This document shows positions 9,468-21,597 of a DNA stretch of 64,000 nucleotides, piece by piece. A program made the translations under genes and the position numbers. The first letter of the stretch is position 1; each line of letters starts with the position of its first letter. The notes under the pieces were generated by a model. The model made no database searches, was not told the origin of the DNA, and saw only the letters and a list, made by a program, of their open reading frames with translations. This stretch comes from Piromyces finnis finn (lineage: Eukaryota > Fungi > Neocallimastigomycota), in the NCBI GenBank assembly GCA_002104945.1, contig MCFH01000059.1, forward strand, positions 1-64,000, in the 5' to 3' direction.

Positions 9468-12282
9468 TATTAAGTTTTTCCCATTCAATTCGTTTTTTTA
9501 ATGCTTTAAAAAATTTTTTTGGTAGTAAATTTGAAGGGAAACTGTAATGATTATCAAAATAATTGGTAAGATTCTATTATATTGAATATATATTAATTAA
9601 AAAAGATAAATTAAATTAATAGGTAAAAAATATCTATCTATTAAAGGATATTTTTAATAATAAAAAAAATATATAAAGAAAGAATAAATATAAATATACC
9701 AATTTGAGGCATTTCATAGATTCAATTATAGTAATTATTTTTCTCCATTCGTCATTTTTCAATAAAGTAAAAGGATCGCCAAAAATAATTAATGAATAAC
9801 GGGAACGACTAATAGAAACGTTCAATCTTCCTTTATTTTTTAAAAACCCAATTTTCATGTCTGTTCGAACAGTAGAAACAATAACAATATCATTTTCTTG
9901 ACCCTGAAAACCATCAATTGTATTCACACTAATATTATTAAAAAGATCTATATTTTTTAGTTTTTCCTCATATCTTTTATCGGATCCAATCTCAACAGTA
10001 TCATCATAAAATTTCATGGTCTTATCATTACTTGAATGCATATCATTTAATAAAATGTCCAAAGTTGATAAATATAGTTCTTTTAATTTTTTTTTAATAA
10101 GAAAAACTTGAGCACTATAAGGTGAAATAACCGAAATTTTTTTATTGAAGCATACGTCAGGATTAGATCTAAGAATTTCAAAAATACAATTAACGACTTG
10201 ATTAGCCTCTTCTTCATTGGAAAATGAAGACCCACAATTGTTTGAAACCTCGCCTCTTACATAATAAAACGCAACAGGACCAAATTTTGAATTATTATTT
10301 TTAGTCCATTCTTTGATCCATTGATTTGACTTGACATTCTCCATCAATGATTTTTCCATCATAGAAACATTGAGAGGAAAGTTTACTAATATTCGGATGC
10401 ATACGATATTGAACATTTAATAAAAATATTTCTTCTGATAAAGACTCTTCTTGGATTCTTTCAAATAAACTTTTACCATAACCACATTTTTCAATTTTAT
10501 GACTTTTTATAATTGGAGGTAGTTGTTTTGGATCACCAATTAAAATAGCTTGATTAATATTATAACAAAAAAGGATTAAGCAAGTTAATTCGGTACATTG
10601 GCAAGCTTCATCAATAATTAAAAAATTAAATAATAATTCTCTTATGTATTTGTTTCCACTAAAATATAAAGTACAAATAACTACATTGGCCTTATTTAAT
10701 TCTTCTTCTAATTTTATTTCGGTTAAATTATTATCTGCTTTACATCTGAAGGGTCTAATATATTCTTTGTTTTCTTTCTCTATATATATTTAATATTATT
10801 ATAATTAGTAAAAAAAAATTAATTAGTAGTAGTAATTATCGTGAATTTGATTCATATTATTTATACTAAATAAACCATAAAGATAATTAGTATTAAATAT
10901 TTATTTTTTTAATGTCATTTTTGTATTTAGATGATATTTTAATTTAATATCTAATAAATTAGTTTTTTTTTACCTTTCTCTAGTCTTTTAGCAATTTCAT
11001 CACATGCATAATTACTTGGAGTACAAACTAAAATTTTAAATGGATTATTGGTTAAGAATGATTCTGTTAATTCTCTTATAATTGTAGCTATAATGGTAGT
11101 AGTTTTTCCAGTACCAGGGGGTCCTTGTACTAATGATAATTTTCTATTTTTAACTTTTTTTAAAACATTAGCTTGAGATGGATTTAAATGGTATTCATCA
11201 ATAATATTATTTGTAATATCGTCACTTAACATTGGATCTTGTCCTTGGATTTTAAAGTCATTATTAATACTTTTAATATTTCCTGAGGTAATAATATTAC
11301 ATATAGGAAGTGAAGGTTTTTCAGTTAATGTAAGTAATGTTTTATATTCCTTTCTAATTGAACCAAATGACATAATATGATAACATATCCATTGTCCTCT
11401 TATCATATGCTGTTCATTTAAAAATTTTTGATAATTATCTATTGTCATTCTAGCTTTACATAAGACTAATAATTTATCCTTAGGATTAAGTTTCTCAGTT
11501 AGATGCATTAATTTTATTTCCTCATCCAATTCATCATCATCATCATCATCTTTTTTTGAAGAAGTTGAAGAATTATTAGTGAGAAAGAACTCAATATTTT
11601 TTTCGTTTTTATGCATACTTGTAACTATGGTATCATTGAAGAATAAAAGTGTTTCAAAATACCTTTCTTCGAAATTGTTACTCACTTTCGCTAAATAAAG
11701 TAAATCCAAATTTTTTATATATCCGGAAGATCTTTTTTCCTTATTCTTAATTTTTTTTGGATTATAATCTATACCGTTATATCCTAATAAAAAAATATAT
11801 CGGCATTTTTAAGACTACGATATAGGAATTATGAGTTTCTGATAAAGAACATTTTTTAGTTTCAATAGTTTTTAAAACATCTACATTAACTGCATTTTTT
11901 TTAAAGTTAAAATATCCTTTATATAATTTTTCATTAAAATCTCTAAGCGGTTCCTTGCATTCTACATGAAATAATGGTTCAATAAACTATTATTATTTAA
12001 TATATAATTGGTCTTAATCATCAAGATAAAATGTACAATAATAAATAAATACTATTTATAGGTTTTAAAAAAAATTACACTAACATTTTTATAATCATTT
12101 ATTGAGGAATATCTATTTTTTAACTTATTAAAATTTTTATTCCTTATGTCATTATATGGATCATCGCATAATTCCCAATTATATGGACTATTTAAACATG
12201 AAAAATAATTCTCTTCCTTCTCTTCCTCATTTGTCTTTATACTATTAATTTTCTCTGAATATAGATTATATGAACTAAGCAT
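9468..12282 (-). pseudogene. Sen1/UPF1-like SF1 helicase, paralog B (exons 12282-12085, 11986-10974, 10779-9700, 9573-9468); two frameshifts, so pseudogene or assembly error
   Basis: Motifs VQGPPGTGKT, VCTPSNYACDE, IIDEACQ, LIGDPKQLPP, LNVQYRMHP, TIDGFQGQE, RLNVSISRSR. It has the same three intron positions and phases as paralog A. There is an extra T in a T7 run near 11790 and a shift at GE/NVKS near 10340. Confidence 0.85.
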
Positions 12283-13952
12283 ATTGAGTTTATCTTTTAA
12301 TTATAAAATTTTCTTATTTTCTATATTTATTTGTTTTTTTATCTATTATAATAATAATATATATATTTTTTAAGGAAAGAGCTTTTGTTTTATAAATATT
12401 AACAAAAAAAAAATAAAAAAAAATATTTAAAAAAAGGTTGATATAAATTATTGGTTAATTAAATTTTTTAATTAAAAAAATATAAAAATCTTTCATTAAA
12501 GTTTATTTAAAAATTTTAATGAGGAAAAAAGAAAAAAGGAAAAAAAAAAAAAAACATGAATTTATAAAGGATAAACCTATTTCAATAGTATTTTAATAAA
12601 ATATAAGAAAAGTGTCATTTATATATTTATAGTTTAATATTTTAATATTATATAATTGATATTTATTTTATATATAATATGTACTGTACTATTATTGAAA
12701 AAAAAAAAAAATGGTCATTTTACATTATAACTTTTTAAAGTAAATTATATTTAATTAAAATATACACATATTTTAACTGGAAAAATAAGCATATTTAGTA
12801 AATTTAATTTTAAAGGTTAGAAAAACAATTAATATTAACATTGGTAAAATATATACATTACATATATTTTTATTTTTTTTTTAAAATATCATTTCACTAA
12901 ACCATTGATTTCTGAGGAGTTAGAAGTTAACGAAGTTTTATAAAAATAAAAAATATAATGAAACTTAACGATTGTCATATAAAAATTACAATAAAAGAAG
13001 CTTCTTTAAAACTTTTTTATTTAAAAAAAAAAGTTATATTATTACTTATTTATTTATTTAATAATTATTGTTATTATTATCGAATATCTTATTGTTATTA
13101 TTGTTATTATTATAATTAATATTAATAGTATCTTTTTTTTTTTTTTTTTTTACAACCATATATTTATTAATCAATATTTAAATTGAAAATGTTTTATTAG
13201 CCACAGAAATGAACTATATGTCCAATAATAAAGTTAAAAAGAAAGAGTATAATAAATAACAAAAAAAAAGTAAATATTTCTTTTAGTATTTCATTTATAT
13301 AATATTTTTTTTAAATCATCATTACACACAAAAAGACATAGAAAGACAAGGCAAGATAGTATTTTTTCTTTTTTTCTTTTTTTTTTTTTTTTTTTTTTTT
13401 GATATTCTCTAAAAATGTAATTTTAAAGTTTTCTTTTTAAAAATTCATATATATTGCTTTAATATATTACATTATAATTAAATATATAATATTCTATTGC
13501 AAATAGTGTAAAGTAATAATATATTTGTTATCTTATTATTTTATATTTTTATACAATTATTAATTTTAAAACATTGATTAAAATTTAATTATAATTAATT
13601 TATTTTAAAATAATACTATTTTTAATAAATAAATAAATAATAAAATATCTTCTTTTTTTATTTTTATTACTAATCAAAAGAAATTAAAATCTTTGAAATA
13701 AAAAAGATAACTTATTAAAGTTATTGTTAATTTAAAGGAAAGCTTTTAAAAAGTAATAAACCTTTTAAAACAAAACAAAAAAAAAACTAAAAAAATTCAA
13801 TTTTAAAAGAATAATATTAATATATATCTTTTAAAATAAATGAAAAAATAACAAACATAGAAATAGCAAGAAAAAAAAAGCTAATAATAAATTTATTTTT
13901 TCATTAAAGACTTTATTTTTTCCCCTTATATAAAAGACTTTCAAATATCAAA

Positions 13953-14585
13953 ATGAATTTTTTAAGTGGTAAATCAAAAGACAAAGATGATGACTTTTAT
14001 ACTTTAATTGACTATTATGCAATTCTTGGCGTTCCATCCAATGCCACACCAGAACAAATTCGTGAAGCATATATTGAACTTGCTGTAAAGAATCATCCAG
14101 ATAATATATATCAAGATGAAGCTTACAGTGAACATTGGGATAATCCAGAACATCAATTAGCTATTAAGAAACGTTTCCAACAAATTAATCAAGCTTATTT
14201 CATTTTATCTGATCCAGAACGTCGTCAAATATATGATACTCAATATAATGAATATTGTACTGTTGCTGGTGATAATTTTGAAAAAGAACAAGAATATTCT
14301 AAAAGATGTAAAAAAAATGTTAACTCTTCTAATATTTATAAATATGAAAGAGAAGCAAACCCTGACAAGATTTTTGGAAATGTATTTGAAGAACTTTTTA
14401 ATCCTGAAGTACCAAAACCACATAGTTTTTGGAAACCATTAGGTGGAGCAGCTGGTATCGTTCTTGGTTTTATTTGTATGAATATTACTGGTGCTGTTGC
14501 TGGTGCTGTCGTTGGTGCTAAACTCGGTCAAATTAGAGATAATAAAGGTAAAAAAAAAAAAAAAAGGAAATATAAAAGAAATATA

Positions 14586-14645
<60 letters not shown>

Positions 14646-14834
14646 TAAAAATGCAAATTATCCAGTCATTTATATATAATTTATAAAAAAACATTAATGT
14701 TAATTTTCAACTCTTTTTTAATAGGTTGCAGTGTATACGAAGCTTTTAAAAAATTAGATAAAGGTAAAAAGGCTGAAATTTTATCTGAAATAACAAAGCA
14801 AGTTGTTCAACGTGCTGCACAAATTAAAAAATAA
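13953..14834 (+). CDS. DnaJ-domain protein (exons 13953-14547, 14725-14834)
   Basis: DYYAILGV..QIREAY..KNHPD..RFQQINQAYFILSDPERRQIYD. Gly/Ala-rich hydrophobic segment, then GQIRDNKG|CSVYEAF after splicing out an A/(AAT)n-rich intron. Confidence 0.9.
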
Positions 14835-15577
14835 GAACAATTAATTTATTCTTTTTTAATTACAGTAAAAATAAGCATAAATACATTCAAAATAAAAAAA
14901 AGATACAAAGCAAAATAATATATAATTATATGTTAAAATATTTAAATAAGAAATAAAGAAGTATTTTAGTTTACTTTTTTTTTTTCTTTTTTTTTTTTAT
15001 ATTTTTACGGTATAGAACATGATTATAAATATCTAATATATTGAGAAAAATGAATAAGTGTAAAGCTAACTTTATATATCAAGTATATTAAATGACAACA
15101 CATTAATTCATATCTTTAATATTTCATACACAAGAACACATGATAAACAATTCCTTTCATTAAATTTATATTTTTTAATTATTATTAAAATTTTACTACG
15201 ATTCACAATGCAGTATATTTTTGGCAATCATTTAATATCTTACAAAACAAGTGTAAATGTTTATTTAATAAAGAAGAAAAATAAATAATTAAACAAACTT
15301 TATAATAAAAAAAACTCTATATTTAAAAACACGATTTTTATTCAACAATTAATATATAATTTAATAAATAAATATATAAGAAAGAACAATAAAAATAATA
15401 AAAATTAATATACATAATTTAATTAATACTTAAATATTTTATTTTTATTGATGTCTATTAAATATATGGTATCCTTTTTTTTTAACTGTGAATTTTTTTT
15501 TTTTTTTTTTCTAATTTTAAGAGTTGGGTTAACTACTAATAGATTAATAATGATTAAAAAGAAGGTCATTATTTGAT

Positions 15578-16299
15578 TTAAAGTTTTGAGATTGTAATTT
15601 GTCTAGATGGTTTTTTAATTTTTTCAATTTTAATCTTTTAAGAGTTATTTATATAAGAAATCAATTAACATCTTGTTTCAAATAATATTAAAAAAAATGA
15701 TAAAATAAATTGGGGATTCTTCTAGATACTTACATTTAAAATTTCATTTTTAAAAGTGGCTTCAACCTTATCTAAACATGGAAATTTAAAAGAGTAACGA
15801 AAACTTTTGTATTTTTTACTTTTGATATTAACTTTTTTAGTATCGTTTTCAGAATTTTTATCTTTGATGTTTTGTTCTTTTGATTCATTTTCTTCCTTTT
15901 TTGATTTAATAATTAAGGTACCATCTGCTTCACATTCAATAATAATATCAAATACAGAAAATCCGGGAACAACTTTTGAAGATTAAGGAAATGAAAGAAA
16001 TATTATAATAAATATTATAAATAACGATAATAAAGAAAATAATAATATTAAATATATGAATATAGTTTTATTAAAATTACGAATTAAGATATATGTAAAA
16101 AAAATATTTTATTAATATAATTCTATTTAAAAACTATTTTCGAAGATTTACCCATTTCAATAAGATATTCTTTATCATTTTCTGAAATATCATACTTTAT
16201 TTGTTTTTCGACTAATTCTAAAAAACGGTCACTAGCATCAAATATTATATTTGGAAAAAGAAGCTCTGGAATAAGACGATATGGATAAAATAATGACAT
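15578..16299 (-). CDS. Small heat-shock protein (HSP20/alpha-crystallin); exons 16299-16152, 15972-15734, 15634-15578
   Basis: Not in the ORF track. The hand-spliced model reads MSLFYP...ISENDKEYLIEMVVPGFSVFDIIIECEADGTLIIKSKKE...KSFRYSFKFP..DKVEATFKNEILNIKIEKIKKPSRQITISKL*, with GT-AG introns in frame and a C-terminal IxI motif. Confidence 0.82.
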
Positions 16300-17549
16300 T
16301 TTTTTTTATTATTTTTTGGAATGAAATAATTTTTCTTTAATGTATATATTTTCTTTTTATTTTAAATATTTAAATCGAAATTTAATATAGCTTTTTTTAG
16401 TTTTTTTTTTTTTAAAAAAATTTAAAATTTAAATAAAATTACAGTTGTAAAAGAATATAAAGTAATTTAGGGGATTTATATTTTTTATATTTTAGTATAT
16501 TTCTATTTAATGACAGGGTTTTGAAAATTTACATTGTACAACATATCCTTAAAAAAAAATAGGGTTAGGAGTTACATAAATTTTAAAATAAAAATATTTA
16601 TATATAATAGCAAAATTGTCAGCAATAAATTTACACTTAAATTTATTTATATAATTATTTGGGTTTTAATATTCTTTTATTTATTTATATTTGTTGTTAA
16701 CTTTCTTAAATCTTTTAAAAATAACCAAAGAATAAAAAATGTGGTACATTATTAATTTATAATTTTATAAAATACAAATATATAAAAAATAAATGAATAT
16801 TATTTTGGAATGTATTTTTCACCGGGTTAGGTGTTACATGGTTTTAAATTTTAAAATAAAAATATTTATATTTAATAGCAAGACAAATTTAAATAATATA
16901 TTCAATAAAGTTATCTATATATTTCTAATAAAATTATATAATATTATATAAATATATTTTCATGTTATGGAAATTGGAGATATTCCATGAGGCAAGCTTT
17001 TATTTTGTTTCTATATCTCATTTATATTGGCTTATTGCTATTGATAAAATCTTCAAATGTAATTAATATTAAATGTTTATGTAAGATTTTAAAAGTTATC
17101 TAACTTTTTTTTTTCAATTAAAAATTCATTTGTCTTGTTATTAATGTAAAATATATATTTTATCTTTTAATTAAATAAATGAAATCAAAAACTTTTAAAT
17201 ATATGAAAATGAAAAGGTATATATTGAAATAAAAACTTTAATCTTAAATATAAATCAAGATTATTATTCTTTTGTTTTTTTTTTTAATTAATTATTAAGA
17301 TGTAATTTAATAGTTATAAAAGGTAAAATGACTGAGTGGCAAATAGAAATAGAAAAACACTAATTAAAAATATTAATTAATAACTACTTTAATAATTGTA
17401 GTATATAAATGAAAAAAAAAAAAAAAGAAATTAATAAAATGGACATTGATTCCAATAATTTAATTAGACTGTGTTTTTAAAAAAATTTATATATATAGAG
17501 AAAAAAATCAAAAAATTTTTTTTAATATTCATATTAGAAAGTAAAAAAA

Positions 17550-18437
17550 ATGGTTTGTGGAGAAAATAATACTTTAAATAATGAAAACAAAACTTTAAAT
17601 AACATTGATTGTAGTTATAGTACTTTTGAAATAAAGCCTATTGGAGTTTTAAAAGATATTTCTATAATTAATGATGTTGATGCTATTAATAAAGAAACAA
17701 CTGAAACAAATAATACCGAGGTCTTTATTGAAAATAGTTTTTTAATGAATGATAATAATATAACTGAAGAAAATGAAATCGTTAAATTTAAGGATACTAT
17801 ATCTGATATTACAACCGTAGAAGAAGAAGCTGAAATAAATGAGTTTTCTATTGTGAAGAATAATGATACTATAGAAAATAATGAATCGGAAGAAACAATT
17901 TGTGAAAAAAATACTAATAAATCAAAATATAAGAGAATGAGTGTTATTAGTGTTTTAGAAAAATTTAATGAAATAAGCAAAATCATTGATAATAATATGA
18001 AAAATAGTAAAACCATTAATAAAAAATATGAAAAACTTTCATCAGAAGCAATTAAAGGAAAGGAAGAGATTATAAGATTAAATAACGCTGTGAAGGTTCA
18101 AACTAATCAATACAATGAAATGAAATTACGAAAAAAACAATCTGAAAATGAACTGAATATTAAAATGAAAGAAATCCAAAAATTATTGGATATAAATATT
18201 AGTATTAGAAATGATTTGAATAGAGCCAAAGAATTGTGTGAAGAAAAAAATAATATTATTAAAAAAAAAGATGAGGAAATCCAAGAATTATTGGATAAAA
18301 ACATTAGTATTAGAAATGATTTAGATAGAGCCAATAATACTATTAAAGAAAAGGATGAAGAAATACATGAATTAGAGGATTATATAAAAAAAATAGAGAA
18401 ATCTATTAAAAATTTCTTCGGTAAATTTGATAGTTAA
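17550..18437 (+). CDS. Hypothetical acidic/coiled-coil protein with an internal 35-aa repeat
   Basis: Intronless 295-codon ORF with a C-terminal heptad pattern. EIQxLLDxNISIRNDLxRA occurs twice, 105 bp apart. Confidence 0.7.
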   Translation: MVCGENNTLNNENKTLNNIDCSYSTFEIKPIGVLKDISIINDVDAINKETTETNNTEVFIENSFLMNDNNITEENEIVKFKDTISDITTVEEEAEINEFSIVKNNDTIENNESEETICEKNTNKSKYKRMSVISVLEKFNEISKIIDNNMKNSKTINKKYEKLSSEAIKGKEEIIRLNNAVKVQTNQYNEMKLRKKQSENELNIKMKEIQKLLDINISIRNDLNRAKELCEEKNNIIKKKDEEIQELLDKNISIRNDLDRANNTIKEKDEEIHELEDYIKKIEKSIKNFFGKFDS

Positions 18438-19532
18438 ATAAACAAACAAATAAATAATATAATAGTGCTTTTTTTTTTTTTTTTTTCTGTTAGCTGTTAG
18501 TTTTTTTTTAATTATTTTAAAAATCGTTTTAAATAAAATAGTTTTTTTAATAAAATGTTTCTGAATAGTTAAAGTATAATAAAACAAAACAAAAACCGAT
18601 ATATTTAAATATTAATAAAAAATAGTAAAAAAGTTTAAACTTTTTATAAAGTCCATTTTTCAATTAATCATTGAAATATTTACAATACTTACTACAATTA
18701 AAACATAATGATAAGTTGTTTTATAAAGAAAAAATATGGTTTAATGAAATCTTAAAAAAAAAAATTAATCGATATTCTAAATAAATAAATTATTGGAGTG
18801 AATTAAAAAAAAAAAAGTTTATGCATAATATATATAGAAATAAGATAGTAAATGCTTATTTTTATTTTTTTTTCAAATATACAAAAAATTCAATTTTCTT
18901 TTTATTTAAATACTTTTATATACCAATAATAATTATAAAATAAAATAATAATTATAAAATAATCATGTTTTAATTTTAAATACTAATGAATTTTAAAAAA
19001 GCCATATTAAAAGAGTTATTTAGTACATAATGAAAAAACAATATTATAAATATAAATATTATTAACTTTAATAGATTATTATTAATAAATAATTATTTCT
19101 TTTATTGTTATATTTGATAAAATTTTAACTACTTCTCCAAATATTTCATCCTTTGCCAAGATAAAATTTAATAACTAAAAAACAAAAAAACAAAAAAAAA
19201 AAAACAAAACAAAACAAAAAATATCTAAATCTATATAATTATTTATTACATTTTCTTTTTTAAAAAAGTATTCGTTTTTATAAAAATAAAATTCTAAATT
19301 ATTTATAAATGAAACTTTGTTTTTAAAAAATGGTGTTAATAAACCTTTTTTATTATTTATCCATTTCTTTTTTTATTTTTCATACTATAATTTTATAACA
19401 TTAAGGTTTTATTATAAACCTTAATTTAAAAATAAAGACATATTTTTGATTTTTAAAATTTAGTATTTAATATTTATATGATAGATTAACAAAAAGAAAT
19501 GGAATAGAAAATAAATAATAAAATAGAATAAA

Positions 19533-21561
19533 ATGGACCTAAAAGTTATTTACATCTATATTATATTAATATTATATTTCATTTCAGAAAGTTATGAAAA
19601 GGAATTTATTATAAGGAATAGTGATAACACCTTTATAAATTTAAAAAAAATAATAAATGATAATCAAAATGAAGAGTTGATATTAAATTTTGTAGATTCT
19701 TATTATGATATGTCGATACATGATTATGTAGTAGAGGTGACAATTTTAGAAAATACAATAATTAGAGGAAATATAAATGGAACATTATTTGATTATAATG
19801 GTCAACGAAGATGTAGTATGATTTTTTTAATTTCAAATATTAATAAGGGGAAGACTGTGATAATCGAAAACATCATTTTTGAAAATTATATCCCAAAAGA
19901 TTATAATAATAACAATCAAATTCTTCAAATAAAATCAGAATCATCAATTAATTATTATTTTAAATTTAATAATTGTACATTTCGAAATAATAATCAAGAT
20001 ATTTTATCAGTTAATATTGAAGAAAATAAAAACATATTTGATGATTTTTCTGTAGAATTTAACCATTGTAACTTTTTGTAAGATGTTATTTAATACATAT
20101 ATATATAAATATTTTAATAAGGATATTAATATATATATGAAATATTTAATTTATTGTAAAAAAAAAAAAAAAAAAGGAATAATTCTCAAAAAATACTAAA
20201 GTTATACAATCATGGAAGATTTTCTGAAAAAGATCCGTATTTAAAATATATAAAAGTAAAAATGAAAAATTGTACATTTATAAATAACCGAGGCTTATTT
20301 TATATAATAAAGTCTTCTCTATCAATTGAAAAATGTATACTATATATTACATATTTTACGACAGTTGTAATTTTTTTTTATTAAATATTTATATAAATAT
20401 ATTTTAAAGGTTATTTCTCAGGAATGGAAAAAGACACAGATAAAGATATAAATAATGTATTTATCTTTTCAATTGATAAATATGGTTATATTGACATTAA
20501 AGAAAGTGTATTTGAAAATATTAATGTAAAAAGTAATTATCCATTAATCTTTGGTGAATACCTTACTGTCAAGTAAATATAATTTAAATTTATATATAAT
20601 ATATTAAAAAATAATATAACTTTATATATTAATTAATATTTGTATTTAATAAAGTATTGAAGATTCAAAATTTGATAATTGTCATAGTAGTATTGGATAT
20701 TTATTTCATTTTAAACAATCGGATAGTGATGATGGATATAGTATAAAAATAAATAATTCTACATTTACAAGTATGAGTATTTATTTTATAATATAATAAT
20801 TATTTAATTATTAACTTGTTATGTATATATCTGTAGATACTTCTACATTAGTATATGGATTTAAAAATAACTATTTAATTTCTGATTCCTCGTTTCAAAA
20901 TATAACATTGAAGAGCTCATTACCTGCTATTATTGATTCTAAATATTCAAATTTTACAATTAACAATATAAGAATTAGTAATTTAAAGTAAATTCAAAAT
21001 TTTAAAAATAAGATCAAATATATAAATTAAATATTTATATATTAATATATATATATATTAATTGAAAATCTTAATCTATACTTTAAAATATAGTTTATTT
21101 GGTGGTTTGTTTAATGAAGAATCAAACTATTTATTTAACAATGTCATAATGAAAGATATTACTACGACTTCAAGATATTTGTTATTCTTTACTTATCATA
21201 ATACCATCTTTAATAATGTAAAATTTGATAATATAAATTGTTATGGAGATAGTGGTGATTCTTCATTAATATTTTTTGATTCAGGTGAAAAGAAGAAATT
21301 AGATATGAATGAAATAATTATTCAAAATATTTGGTCAAATGGCCCACTTATTAAAATAAAAGGAAGTAGTAGTGAATTAATTATTCAAAATTCAACAATA
21401 GAAAAAACCACAATATTTGGTCCTATGATTGAAAATAATAGTGATAAGGTACATAGATGTTCAAAATATTATATTAAAAAAAACATAACAATTTATTAAT
21501 GATAAAATATATATAAAAACTATATAATATATACACATACATACATACATACATACATACA

Positions 21562-21597
<36 letters not shown>

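Noticed and set aside
16561-16570. Interstitial telomere
   Set aside because: Only single GGGTTAGG units occur, with no tandem TTAGGG array.
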